IMG/VR virus record: IMGVR_UViG_3300032608_000443
Span: 1-38,494 of that record
DNA from: a virus
Lineage: Duplodnaviria; Caudoviricetes
Reading direction: 5' to 3' (one strand)
DNA length: 38,494 nucleotides
Below, piece after piece: positions 27,801 through 36,831 of this stretch; the first letter of the stretch is position 1; each line of letters begins with the position of its first letter. The notes below the pieces were generated by a model. That model searched no databases, was not told the DNA's origin, and was given only the letters and a program-made list of their open reading frames with translations. The position numbers were made by a program, and so were the translations under genes.

Positions 27801-28777
27801 ATACCTTCTTCAGAAGCTTCAGCACCCCAGATCTTTAAGTATTGTTTTATACCGCGGTTAATAGCCTTATGAACAGCAGGGTGCTTAATAGCTTTAGGGC
27901 CAAGGAACTTAAGAACAGGATACTTGCCTACAAGGTGAGATAACGATAGTACTTCAATTGCACCAATAGCTGCACCACCAGCCATAGCTAATGGTTGAGC
28001 TATGTTCTTAGGGATATCTTTATGTCTCATCTCACCATAGATAAGACCACCCTCAACATCCATACCATACTTAATAACACCAGCAGTAAAACCTAATTCC
28101 ATAGTACCTGCAAGCACGGCCAGATCATCAGCAGGAGTAAGAGCTAAGGGACCTTGAGCTGCTTGAGATGCAGTATAAGCACCAGCTACAGGCAAGAGGG
28201 CCCCAGCTGTGGCCATACCTGATAGAGCTGAATCCAGCATATACGGAAGAGCTTTAGCACCAGCACCTAATAAGTTCTTAAGGGGAGCTTGTTCCCAGGT
28301 GGGGGTTACATGAGGTATCTTTTCATATTTATCATAGATAAGTTTCTCACTAATAAAGGCATGTTCATCATCATCCCTGCCATCAAACCAAGTTTTAGAC
28401 CAGTTAAGGCCTGCTTCCCTAGGTAAACCACCCCGCTGAAACTCAGTCTTGGCTACCTCCCAAGCAGAGCCTACCTTCTTAGGTTCACCTAGCTCCTGGC
28501 CAAAGAGACTCTTGACCATAGGCTGAACCTTTTTCCTATAGAAATTCTTAATCGTAGCTGACTTTGAAGGAGGGATTACTTGTTCTGCTTTGATACTTGG
28601 CTTTAATCTATTCTTAAAAATACCAGCATCTAATTGAGCATCAAAATCACTCTGCACATTTTGCTGAAGTTGGACCTGAGGCTGGGCCTGGGCAGGCTTA
28701 GCTACGGGTTTAGATATAGGCTTCTCTTTTACAGCAGTTGAGCTAAACCCTTCATTTAACCAATCAAATTTCCCCAT
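21872..28777 (-). CDS. Giant internal virion / DNA-ejection (polyvalent-like) protein
   Basis: 2301 aa; follows two ejection-like genes; Ala/Gly-rich membrane-like region with AEASEEGIQ; internal HERAH. Confidence 0.7.
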   Translation of the reverse strand: MGKFDWLNEGFSSTAVKEKPISKPVAKPAQAQPQVQLQQNVQSDFDAQLDAGIFKNRLKPSIKAEQVIPPSKSATIKNFYRKKVQPMVKSLFGQELGEPKKVGSAWEVAKTEFQRGGLPREAGLNWSKTWFDGRDDDEHAFISEKLIYDKYEKIPHVTPTWEQAPLKNLLGAGAKALPYMLDSALSGMATAGALLPVAGAYTASQAAQGPLALTPADDLAVLAGTMELGFTAGVIKYGMDVEGGLIYGEMRHKDIPKNIAQPLAMAGGAAIGAIEVLSLSHLVGKYPVLKFLGPKAIKHPAVHKAINRGIKQYLKIWGAEASEEGIQKIVENATLIIGDYLAGNLKGTGPGGRLTHADIAGRLTQDALKETAQALKATAFITMPAGGGGLAGEVGSTMKLRAEESNRAEILDGGGQKTALQGDFMKAMDKTRFNLHEKIEPRLKTKSYQYAPSVGFIDKKTGRPVALEKLSQEEKDLTFIEENLGDVVALSDKYKVEIIKDGDGKLGEFNRKQVKNIVDGKPPRTEPTLRGERPQYQYNMYKKGDKASTQVSLDPIDDNQRIKARDTLVDFLEDNKDKFPTFAKLPGPIAESLIRLISPMLEKGANVPDIAPTIAKYLDEGVKNVAVVIGGDPNRKGGTKFLLWMGVDKKPHIAHEFPDLMLAYGILPKDMHYLAERAGERDMASETESLIQHLINKKGIKFPDPAAAEAQYTVVDVVEGAVIDEEAPLPEPPKPVVVDIGPEGLGKGPVGFDQVTLDRLHKHPARTKGFATAVEAEILHYFQQLRTAAKNWDIPGKNIGERVRGQKKIYEIVDLAERLYYEGKVTNAVNMSEKALGYIHERSDLQHGPEYFRDKLEEVKPTVKAGKLDFTSTYPPVIKNPKASAELLDKYRRMAEKVDKPEKAIRVMIRNQEWKDGTTMFNLDPRGKKAFRAAGVKRSNGTIYVQQKTLDKYWNVYNKGFTGFKHFRLEGKSRSRRFGESGWLLQRLPRGISKSQFFQFAVEHERAHLNTGLDGTEMDEMMASIIALEKAGRADLAYELEKSIIPYDSDNKVQSIPTRPSKSKFKFTGVDFIDKYIAKKGTQSPSSIVQEIDTETENFAKQQTLSSEPIVLDEKGESIGLAVFDIAQAYFNDLGININLDSTDVMSSVQKVMDLLTDEQQAFLREKLAVANRIISAQKRSAGRKGSAQRIWEYIGDKGILGMREIDLNQAEISKLKAKELADEYYAQLRSVDGRIRLAEKEIKKLYKNLENGKYVDRKKAQIEGFKKKQLAYLDNKKVVKAYYEKAVNDFKKQAAKDHKDHIDDAMKRFNPENLKKLDEALGGQPRPNFKGTKPININESSSGAKHQSVSTMMRMHLAAMKIFGVEDLEKREMLIRFYGKDRIAGWEWPKPSKMWQLHLKSKAINYMQAIKRSVTLHTTVGGAIQNDIQGQIWDYVDTLFPVTPSKFPGIGRKSTFKGKRTSMAADKTFKAYDWLLLKHSEELVGKNVPGQFYASNIGLGGKHETQEEAATFVAGMTEMHRRLDLPITAQDVSNWAAGRDQFAYGKLVPASLKDTVIDFKNDIQNPGLEAGLESGALDGSRIYSLHQEGYTKRIVAKPLHQRSSKEFTGNIGELRVPERNYRTYDEFWVKTKAEIAVEGETSDSLQPSESFSTVAGSYAETMGRLIDQHNLVERLMKLDSGVVYEGKPLNMVSYEHEISDNAAEANAIFTKLGYVQLKSEQGLAVWHKGSFQAPYVHRNVFDLFKSLPRDVRTPGWMKAILRYARTAKRLIMITPMKYMFQMASTPWAHLGLKQAWNHGIKPFVPGWFKGVNAKATPIIRGFRDIRNTVLRQHDPLEHFKDNDYEAKKMYHMLKHGIPSFSMDWALMSLYQKSVDTQHPNQRPIFDNLAEVVSSKFGMDNAAFNHYLPKIIYELCSTFYDRFMEEGWAEDTAARRATMLVGDLTGLLNSSVYGHEGPLLACVLFARDFTMSFFRQLTGAAYPLWYMGHGYRAIDGNPSFLPKLARAGGSMMNSLLHGEKSATDMAAMTGIYAEHLARVAGTRTVFNNLIQFALWQAFGPEDTKEEDKWAFLNNGMGKFWIKTPWKSSVTGGFFFLDVLMWREFPQIVGIIHDKFRYFRGKLNVPVNNILGWVTARDAMDNKVLWDIKTVGVVNYMKDLMTMVTQGVLPTEFKKDWHVPGHMAKTWQGRLAQGIGLFGANVKLGPGQEEGMSPELNEARRRDKEEIDYYNNKIMMYLRAHPKEIDKYLESGKITYDQALWLKKKAAAPVSVPLLRDINTIIEGTQKHGIESRTLKILREGR

Positions 28778-28780
28778 TTA

Positions 28781-29452
28781 TTAAAAGCCCTCAGATGGTG
28801 ACCTTAATTGTAAGAAATCATCAGGATTATAACCTCTATTACCTACACTTGTTCTTAATTCAGCTATTACTTCTTCTGTTGTCCAGAGACTACCTGTATT
28901 TTTATTAGGTTTACCTACTGTGTTAGCTATCATCCGATCAAGCTCATTACTCAATTCAGTCTCATGTGTTAACTGTTGGGCAAGCTTACGTGCATAACTA
29001 CTAGCTTCAATAGGATCACTAAGGGTCCTGATTTTATAGAAATCACTCTCTAGTATTTGATCTAAATAGCGTTGGTTTAATATTCTACTAGACATAGGTT
29101 CTTGCCCAGTAAGCTGATTGATCTTTGTAGTCTCAGCTTGAGCTTTAGCAGTCCTTGCTATGTCATAGCTTGAAGGAGTAGTATCCTTTCCTCCTATTAA
29201 CCATTGTGCCCCACCATAGTCAATAGCACCTGGAGTACCTGGCGGAGCTTTCTGTAATTGGCCCTGAGAGGCCAGCCCTGGCAAGATCTTACTTAAGTCC
29301 TCAACAGGTTCCCTTGCCCTTAGTCTTTCTGCTTCCTTCCTCTTCTGAAAGCTGGTCATAGCTGCATCAGCAAGGATAGCAAAGTTAGCAAACCTGTTAT
29401 CATGTTGCGGTATATCATATCTTACTTGTTGTACACTAGCTGGGTTAGCCAT
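28781..29452 (-). CDS. Internal virion / ejection protein
   Basis: Synteny between small and giant ejection proteins; helical composition. Confidence 0.5.
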   Translation of the reverse strand: MANPASVQQVRYDIPQHDNRFANFAILADAAMTSFQKRKEAERLRAREPVEDLSKILPGLASQGQLQKAPPGTPGAIDYGGAQWLIGGKDTTPSSYDIARTAKAQAETTKINQLTGQEPMSSRILNQRYLDQILESDFYKIRTLSDPIEASSYARKLAQQLTHETELSNELDRMIANTVGKPNKNTGSLWTTEEVIAELRTSVGNRGYNPDDFLQLRSPSEGF

Positions 29453-29463
29453 TATATTCTCCT

Positions 29464-30297
29464 TTATCTATATGGGTTAGCACCGGAAACCGATGAACTG
29501 TAATTAGCTGGTCCCAAATCTAAATAGCTCGAACCACCACCGGCTCCATAGTTATTAATTGAATTACCGAAGCCGCCCGTTGGGTTGTAGTAGTCACTTT
29601 GATATACTTCTGCACCAGTAGGTAGATTGTAATTACCATAGTTGTAATTAGCATTAGCACCACCACCTGTAGTATCCGGTTGACCAAAGCTATCCCATGG
29701 TATATTACCAAGCATATTACCAGCTGCGGCCATACCAGCAGCACTATTACTATTACCACCAACACCACCCATATAGTTAACTACCTGGGCATCAGGGCCC
29801 TTAGGCATATTCATTGATAACTGTGGTAAGGTTAGAGACTCCTGCCTCATAATATTCACACCTTGGCCTACCAGATACTCTTCTATCTGCTTAGCCTTCT
29901 CAGCATAGTTCCTATATTGCTTTGAGACCTGGGCCTGAGTACCTTTAGGGCCAAGGCCAGTAAGAGCACCAACCTCTGCAGCTTGATTAGCTAGTCCAGT
30001 CCTCTCCCCAGATCTACCAAAGAAGGTCTGATAGTTCTGGCGATTCATACCTTCTCTAAGTTGAGGTAAGGCCTTATCATAGTAAGCCGGGTACTCACCC
30101 CTATTAAGTCTATTCAAGTTATCAGATAAGTAGTCTGATGTCAGCCTCATCCTGGGCTCAGTAAAAGAATACTGAGGCATCTTAACTACATCATACCCAG
30201 TTTGGCCCCTATTTTTACCTGCTTGATGTGCTCCGTACATACCAGCACCTGCACCAATAACTGCTGATCCTATCATTGCTGCTGCTATTGCGCTCAT
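29464..30297 (-). CDS. Internal virion / ejection protein (P22 gp7 / T7 gp14-like position)
   Basis: N-terminal MSAIAAAMIGSAVIGAGAGMYGA; Gly/Asn-rich C-terminus. Confidence 0.65.
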   Translation of the reverse strand: MSAIAAAMIGSAVIGAGAGMYGAHQAGKNRGQTGYDVVKMPQYSFTEPRMRLTSDYLSDNLNRLNRGEYPAYYDKALPQLREGMNRQNYQTFFGRSGERTGLANQAAEVGALTGLGPKGTQAQVSKQYRNYAEKAKQIEEYLVGQGVNIMRQESLTLPQLSMNMPKGPDAQVVNYMGGVGGNSNSAAGMAAAGNMLGNIPWDSFGQPDTTGGGANANYNYGNYNLPTGAEVYQSDYYNPTGGFGNSINNYGAGGGSSYLDLGPANYSSSVSGANPYR

Positions 30298-30902
30298 AAT
30301 TGATCCTCCTTTAAGATTTCAATAAACTTCTGTACCTCTAACTGTTTAACATCCTTGAAATCAGTTGCGAAATGCTCTTCTTCTAACTTCTCTACATCTT
30401 TATGCTCAGTTACATGAACTGTAACGAATACACAATCTTCATGAGTATAAATTATACGTTTAGTACCTACCTTGGTTATACCATAATGAGGTGCCTTAAC
30501 CCGCTTTAACCCATTCTCAGTCATAATGGACATTTCACCCTTAAGTAAAAAGTATGGATGCTCCCTTTTATGTATCTTGGTAACTAGTAACTCACCCTTA
30601 GGATTAAATATCTCACGAACACAGCACCCATCAGTAAAAGTATGCTTTAAGGGGTTTACCTTATCAATATCTTTTCGTTCAATAAGAGCACCAGGTATCT
30701 TACGCATCTTATCTTCAAACTTTACAACATCGTGCCTGTATTTTGCAATTGTTCTATCTTCTTTAGGTATAAGTGCTTGCTCTTTCTCTTTCCGCTTGTG
30801 CTCCATGAATTCCCAAGCTTCATCAAAAGTAAAAGTGTGCTTCAGATTAAGTACTTTAGTATGATGATCAAATTGTGCTCTTGCTTGTTCTTTAGTTAAC
30901 AT
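30294..30902 (-). CDS. Cupin-fold phage protein
   Basis: HTFTDG..VREI...TKIHKREH...GTKR...HED..FVTVH; common upstream of podoviral ejection genes. Confidence 0.7.
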   Translation of the reverse strand: MLTKEQARAQFDHHTKVLNLKHTFTFDEAWEFMEHKRKEKEQALIPKEDRTIAKYRHDVVKFEDKMRKIPGALIERKDIDKVNPLKHTFTDGCCVREIFNPKGELLVTKIHKREHPYFLLKGEMSIMTENGLKRVKAPHYGITKVGTKRIIYTHEDCVFVTVHVTEHKDVEKLEEEHFATDFKDVKQLEVQKFIEILKEDQL

Positions 30903-31147
30903 TATTTCTTCTTCCCACCTTTAAGTTTATCAATAGCTTCCCTGGTTTCAGTTGAAAGTACTGCAAGCCAGGCAATAGCACACCGCGCTACCATCTGTTC
31001 TCCACACTTTAGTTCAATCCACCATTCACAACCTTGCTTCATACATAGTTTGGGACCCATCATTGATAGTGGGCACATCACTTGTCCGGCTACTCCAAAT
31101 CCTGGAGTTAATGGTTGTGGTTCTTTTTTAACTATCTCTTGATTCAT
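30902..31147 (-). CDS. Small Cys-rich protein
   Basis: CPL...CMKQGCEWW...CAI. Confidence 0.65.
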   Translation of the reverse strand: MNQEIVKKEPQPLTPGFGVAGQVMCPLSMMGPKLCMKQGCEWWIELKCGEQMVARCAIAWLAVLSTETREAIDKLKGGKKK

Positions 31148-31148
31148 T

Positions 31149-31775
31149 TTAATCCTTCTGAAATATTACTACTTGTACATATGCCGGAACGTTATCTGCT
31201 GCAGTGTGAGTATGACCGCCACCACTACCAGCTGTCTTAGACCTAAAATATCCAGCAGAACAAGCTTTCCATATTGGGCTTGTTCCGTCGCTAACATTTC
31301 CAGCTGTTGGGTCTACGCTCTGATGTAAAGTACCACCACCAAGCTTGTTTTTATACTCCCAATCATGATTATGCGCTGGCATCTCAGCAGTAGTTAAAGT
31401 ATGTGATGGCGTAGTATGCGTATCAGCACCACCAGTAGTAAGTGGTGTAGCATTAATCCTCATAAATTTATTAGAATAAGTAGCAGATACGTTAGTCCAA
31501 CCACTATGAGCAGTAGCAACACTTGATATAATCCAATCACCAGTAACAAAACCTCCCCCAACTTCCTTAAGCGTACCCTTACCAGACTTGATATATAAAC
31601 TCTGGGTAGTACCATCATCAACAATAGCCATCTTACCAAAGGGAATGTCAGTAGGTACAGAAGTCAAATAGACAATACCTGTAGCATCAATGTGGAGCTT
31701 ATTTAGCAGGTCCTGTAAAATCGCAGAATTTTCTGGATTTAGCCCGGGAATTTTACCTAGTTCATCAATAGCCAT
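31149..31775 (-). CDS. Short tail fibre / collar-like protein
   Basis: GW...F.R...TGG...HTLTTAEMPAHNH...HTH...NVPAY. Confidence 0.7.
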   Translation of the reverse strand: MAIDELGKIPGLNPENSAILQDLLNKLHIDATGIVYLTSVPTDIPFGKMAIVDDGTTQSLYIKSGKGTLKEVGGGFVTGDWIISSVATAHSGWTNVSATYSNKFMRINATPLTTGGADTHTTPSHTLTTAEMPAHNHDWEYKNKLGGGTLHQSVDPTAGNVSDGTSPIWKACSAGYFRSKTAGSGGGHTHTAADNVPAYVQVVIFQKD

Positions 31776-31844
31776 GGTAAGGTACCACTTTCATTTAGTT
31801 TTCCTATCTAGCCCTAGCCTGGAGCCTTAAAACGCCAAAAAAGG

Positions 31845-34800
31845 CTATACCAGTATAGGTCTAGGAGTGTATAATCCCTTCAGTTCTTTCAGGGTAATAT
31901 CAAATAGATCATTCTTATAGGCAGTTATCTTAATCTCCTGGCCATAAGCAGTGCTTGGGAAGAAGCTATCCCAGCTTTCTTTATTAGCAGACAAGTCAAT
32001 AGTAAACTGTCCAGATTCTCCATTGTCTGTTTCCCACTTGATTATCAGATCCCCTTGAGTACCTGAGTGGACAGAAGCTATCTTCTTAAAGATCTTGTCC
32101 ACCATAGGAGCATCAAAGTTCTTAAAGCCTAATTCATATATCCATTCTACCGCGGTCTCAGCAGTAGTACCTGACTTCTCATAGTCAAACTTAAGCAGGT
32201 AGCTGTTCTCAAAGTATACCTTTCCATTAGCTGCAGTAGTATCAGCAGCAGTAAATACTATCATATATGCTATCCAGGTAGCGGCAGAAGAAGTAATAGC
32301 ATTAGAGTCAGCCAGAGGGCCATCCCATTTCTTATAAGTAACTGAGGTACCATCAGTAGTAAAGGCCACAGCAGCACCACCTGAGGTAAGAGATACCTGG
32401 AAGGTATTAGTTGTCTTGCCCACTACGTAGTACATAGTAGAATCTGAAGTGCCAGTAGGTACAGTACCATCCAGTACTATCCTGTCAGCATTAGCCAGGC
32501 CATGGTCATTATCAGTAAAGGTCTCAGTAGCATTAGCAGCAGTACAATCTACCATATCTTCTACCGCGGACTGACTAGATCCGGTCTTGGTAAAGACCTG
32601 AACAGTATCACTAGCCCCCTTACCAGTTACATTGAAGTACATGTTACCCATGGTAGAAGCAGTGATCTCCTTACCAGGTGACTCCCAGATACCAGTACCC
32701 TGATGTACAGTAAGAGCAGCATTGTAATCTAACATCTTACCTAATATGATCTTACATAATCTAAAGGTATAGTACTGAGGGTCAGTCCTGTCAGTGTTGG
32801 TATCCGCAGCCTCTACAGTATGAGTGTGAGGTGCAATACCCTGGTTTTGATAACCACCATTACCACCACTAGCACTCTCATCACCAGAAGCAAAGTCAGT
32901 TATAGAATGAGTATGGGCCTTGCCAGAAGCATCATGGGTCCAGGTACCAGTACCATCATCTGCTACCCAAGTATCAGTAATTTCAAAGGTATCAGTTTCC
33001 GCATTAGCTATAGTGAATGTACCATTGTAGCTAGTGGTAAGAGTAATAACAACACTATCACCAGTACTCATACCATGGGCCGCGGCGGTTACTTTTACCT
33101 GTCCACCAGTTGCATCCTCGAAGACTGTAATACTACCAGTGGATGACATGTCATTAGACTCTAGTCCATTGTCACCTACCTTAAGATATCTACCAGTGTG
33201 AGTAGAAGTAACATCAGTCCAATCACCACCAGGAGCTGTAGCTGCGTGATAGATTGCATATAAGTATTTAGAAGTACCATCCCAAGTATCCTCCTCACCT
33301 ATCTTCTTAATAAAAGTAAAAGTGATATTATCCATATCCCAAGCAGTATCAATAGCAGAGTTAGTTGTACCACTTACTTCGTGAGAGTGTACTTTATTGG
33401 TAGCAGTACCAGTACCCTCAGAATCAGCAGATTGACTGTATACTGAAGACGTAAAAGTAAACGTGTGGGCATGAGAACCATACACTGTGGCACCTAAAGC
33501 AGTAGTCTGATTCTTAATAAAAGACCCAACGGTAGTATTCCATAGAACCCAACCCGTTGGAGCAGTAGTCTGATCCCACATACAGATAGCTCCATCAGGA
33601 AATACGTATTCAGTAGTAGTGTCATTCTTCTTGAATATCCTGAGTTTGGTATGCGTTGGCTCAGGTGTAGTAGAATCAGAGGTGCCAGAGATAGTATGTA
33701 CATGGTGTTGGTTAGTAGCGTTGGCTGAACCATCACCTGAGTTCACATAACTAGCACTCTCAATTAATAGGTCACCAGTAATAGCATGAGTATGGGCTGC
33801 AGTACCACCAGTAGTAGCAACCGCATCAGTAGTTATCTTAACAAAGTAGTCAGCTGCTGCTGTAATCTCAGTCCAGCCACTACCAGGGTTACTATCAGGA
33901 TCCTCCCAGAAGATACAGATATCATCAGGTATCTCAGTAGCTGAGGTGTTGCTACCTATTTGAATGAGAGGAGAAGACTCAGTACCACCCACATATGTAT
34001 CAGTAGCAGTGCCGTTATTACACTGGGTCTTATTGTAGAGCCGGTACCAAAGGGCACCTTCTTCCGCTTTGTATACGTATCCATTTACAGAATCCCCATA
34101 ATACAGTTCAGCTGATTCATCATCCCCATTATGAGAACTGAAACAGTTGATGTTAAGATTGTCAAAACCCCAACTATCCCTAGCAAAGTTGTAAACCATA
34201 ACCCGGTTATTATATTGGGGTGCTTCTTCAATATCTGTGTAAGAAGCGTATAATGTGCCTTTATTGTAGTGAGTCACAACATCAGCATACCTCCCTGATA
34301 GTATCTCATTAGAATCAAACTGAGTTATAATTCTCTTAAGTGAACCACCATCAAATAGATACCAGCCATCCCAGCCTAGATATACTATACCAAAAGGAGT
34401 CTGGATTACACTCCACTGAGAAGGTGAACCTGAGAAGGCAAAGGGATCATCAGCATACCAGGTAGCAGGGACTTGACCAGAGGTAGCAGCAGAAACATGT
34501 AGCTTACGTATAGTATTACGCTTGATACATAGCATAACACCCATATGAATAGCCAGGCCTGTAATCTTATCACCATCATCCTGAGCTACATTCATGTAGT
34601 CAGTATTAGTAGTACCCTGGATAAAACCAGGTAAGTAAGGATTAGAATAATAGATACGGTTTATGTTAGAGCTAGCATTACCTGATATAAATAATCTTTC
34701 CCGGTGAGTAACCAGGATACTGCCTATAGGGAAGTCATCAGTGACTGCACCCATAGCAGTAGCGGTAGTATCGGCTATATCATCAGTATAAGTAGTAGTA

Positions 34801-35495
34801 GAATTGTCACTAATAGTAGCTATTTTATAGTAGGTACTCCCACCCCCTTCAGTACGATAGATAATACGATCAGCAGTACCAGAAGGACCCAACGGTATAT
34901 TAGTGAGAGTTACCTTACGGTTACTGGCATCAGTAGTAACTGTATTACTTACAGCACCACAAATATAGGCCTCAGCATCAATAGTAATTTTATAAGAGTA
35001 AGCAGCAGCTGAGTCCAGGTTAGATCCACCTGAAGCCAACACTGCTTTACAAGCCCCCAGTTCCCAAGTAACATCATCAGATCCATCATAGCACCAGATG
35101 TTATCAGTACCATTGCCGGCCATTAAGATATCCTTGTACACCACAAAGCTAGTCTGCTTAGTAGAAGTAAGGCCAGATCTGATTGAAGTCCAAGTACCAG
35201 CAGTATCGTCACCTACATATGCAACTGTACCATGTACCAGGATAGACTTGATAGTACCGCCAGATGTGTAGAATCTATATAACCCAACGGTAGCTCCAGC
35301 ACCCTTACTAGTAGAATTATAATAAGCTACAGGTGGTCTTTTAGTAGCTGCACCCGGATCTTCTTCAAACCTGCAGTTCTGGGCATTGGTTACAAACTTA
35401 TCCCCAAGCTCAAGGTTCTCAACTTTATTGTTCATACCGTTTGTGGTCTTAAGATACCAAACTTTCAACTTGTCTGTTAATTTAGGTTTTGCCAT
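31845..35495 (-). CDS. Tail nozzle / stabilisation protein (P22 gp10 / T7 gp12-like) with inserted fibre-like domains
   Basis: GMN...AQN..F...KRP N-terminus; HRERLF...RIYYS...GDKITGL; C-terminal KIFKK. Confidence 0.75.
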   Translation of the reverse strand: MAKPKLTDKLKVWYLKTTNGMNNKVENLELGDKFVTNAQNCRFEEDPGAATKRPPVAYYNSTSKGAGATVGLYRFYTSGGTIKSILVHGTVAYVGDDTAGTWTSIRSGLTSTKQTSFVVYKDILMAGNGTDNIWCYDGSDDVTWELGACKAVLASGGSNLDSAAAYSYKITIDAEAYICGAVSNTVTTDASNRKVTLTNIPLGPSGTADRIIYRTEGGGSTYYKIATISDNSTTTYTDDIADTTATAMGAVTDDFPIGSILVTHRERLFISGNASSNINRIYYSNPYLPGFIQGTTNTDYMNVAQDDGDKITGLAIHMGVMLCIKRNTIRKLHVSAATSGQVPATWYADDPFAFSGSPSQWSVIQTPFGIVYLGWDGWYLFDGGSLKRIITQFDSNEILSGRYADVVTHYNKGTLYASYTDIEEAPQYNNRVMVYNFARDSWGFDNLNINCFSSHNGDDESAELYYGDSVNGYVYKAEEGALWYRLYNKTQCNNGTATDTYVGGTESSPLIQIGSNTSATEIPDDICIFWEDPDSNPGSGWTEITAAADYFVKITTDAVATTGGTAAHTHAITGDLLIESASYVNSGDGSANATNQHHVHTISGTSDSTTPEPTHTKLRIFKKNDTTTEYVFPDGAICMWDQTTAPTGWVLWNTTVGSFIKNQTTALGATVYGSHAHTFTFTSSVYSQSADSEGTGTATNKVHSHEVSGTTNSAIDTAWDMDNITFTFIKKIGEEDTWDGTSKYLYAIYHAATAPGGDWTDVTSTHTGRYLKVGDNGLESNDMSSTGSITVFEDATGGQVKVTAAAHGMSTGDSVVITLTTSYNGTFTIANAETDTFEITDTWVADDGTGTWTHDASGKAHTHSITDFASGDESASGGNGGYQNQGIAPHTHTVEAADTNTDRTDPQYYTFRLCKIILGKMLDYNAALTVHQGTGIWESPGKEITASTMGNMYFNVTGKGASDTVQVFTKTGSSQSAVEDMVDCTAANATETFTDNDHGLANADRIVLDGTVPTGTSDSTMYYVVGKTTNTFQVSLTSGGAAVAFTTDGTSVTYKKWDGPLADSNAITSSAATWIAYMIVFTAADTTAANGKVYFENSYLLKFDYEKSGTTAETAVEWIYELGFKNFDAPMVDKIFKKIASVHSGTQGDLIIKWETDNGESGQFTIDLSANKESWDSFFPSTAYGQEIKITAYKNDLFDITLKELKGLYTPRPILV

Positions 35496-36154
35496 TACAT
35501 GCTCCGGTATGATCTCATAACGATTGTCTCATCTTCTTTTTCACGGTGCCTCTCAGTCATGTAGCCTCTTAGCTTAGTAAAGTAACTGTTCCAGGTGTTA
35601 TTAGCTAGGTCTGTACTACCTCTGGTTTCCTGGCCAGTAGCTACTACATAGTCCACAATAGCTGGATGCAGGAATGTAGGTAATGCAGGAGAAGCAGTAT
35701 CAAGACTAAGATCGGCATGATCCTTAGAAAAGTATATATGCGCATATTCATCTCCATCGTTAGCTCCATCTGGTGGGGGCCAGAAACCTATCTTATCCTC
35801 TTCCCTACTCCACCAGTACTTTTGAGGGGTGCTATCATCATCACTCTTCCAACCTGGGCTTTCTGCATCCAGCTGCTCTCTACTAGTAGACTCTATCCTT
35901 TCCCAGCTATTACCATCCTGGTAGTAGTAGACCTCAAGTATAGCAGTAAGAGTAGAGTCAAAAGTGCTTAAAGTATAATCACTAGTAGACTCGGTAATGT
36001 TCATCTTCTTATTAGTCCGTAAGCACTTGGTATAGAAAGCTATATCTCTACAGCCATCATTGATCCAGGTGTTAAGCTCTGCATCACTCCAGAACTGAGC
36101 AGTGGTTTCACCTAATTTCTTTCGTATTAAACTCCTAATTGCACTTCTTATCAT
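35495..36154 (-). CDS. Head-tail adaptor protein
   Basis: IR..LGE...FWSDAELNTWINDG...PQKYW...IGFWPPPD...HPAIVDY. Confidence 0.75.
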   Translation of the reverse strand: MIRSAIRSLIRKKLGETTAQFWSDAELNTWINDGCRDIAFYTKCLRTNKKMNITESTSDYTLSTFDSTLTAILEVYYYQDGNSWERIESTSREQLDAESPGWKSDDDSTPQKYWWSREEDKIGFWPPPDGANDGDEYAHIYFSKDHADLSLDTASPALPTFLHPAIVDYVVATGQETRGSTDLANNTWNSYFTKLRGYMTERHREKEDETIVMRSYRSM

Positions 36155-36831
36155 AACGCCTCCTCATGGTAAACACCGCAGCCACAAAGCCTACAACCGC
36201 TGGTAGCTTCCTGCTCACCGCGGACATACATATCATCAGCATGGGCCCTAGCCCCACTACAACCAGTAAATGTAAGACTGGTAAGCCCAGTATAGCTTAC
36301 TTTATCTGATCTAGAACCAGTGGTAGAATTTACAATATCAGTATCATATACATAAAAGTATTCCGCCCTAGTCCAGGTTCCAGTAGCATCATCAGCCACA
36401 TATTTATCATATATGCTGAATGTATTAGTAGCTATATCAGTTATCTTAAATGTACCATTATAATTAGTAGTGCTTGCTATCACAATTATATCCTGATCTT
36501 TAAGGCCATGAGCAGTAGAGGTAACAGTTGTCTTGGTCATCCTCTGGCCCGTGTCAGCAAAAGCTGTAATAGTACCAGAAGCTGGGGTAGGAAAACCAGA
36601 TGTTGCATCAACTGTAATAGTCGCATCTCCAGCTGTCACTGCAGCATTAAGCTGTGTCTCAGGGAAAGTAAACCCATCACCCTTATGAGATCCTCTAGGT
36701 GAATGGGTCTCCCTATCTAAGTTATTAATCAGACCACAGTTCCAGCACCTAACATACCTGTTATCTCTATGGGTAGCTAAGTCCCTATTACGACCGTGGT
36801 TAACTGCATCTGATGGTATGTTTCTGCTCAT
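36151..36831 (-). CDS. Virion-associated protein: split Zn ribbon around an inserted beta domain
   Basis: CWNCG ... GCRLCG; internal TAHGL...YNGTF..TNTF domain. Confidence 0.6.
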   Translation of the reverse strand: MSRNIPSDAVNHGRNRDLATHRDNRYVRCWNCGLINNLDRETHSPRGSHKGDGFTFPETQLNAAVTAGDATITVDATSGFPTPASGTITAFADTGQRMTKTTVTSTAHGLKDQDIIVIASTTNYNGTFKITDIATNTFSIYDKYVADDATGTWTRAEYFYVYDTDIVNSTTGSRSDKVSYTGLTSLTFTGCSGARAHADDMYVRGEQEATSGCRLCGCGVYHEEAL

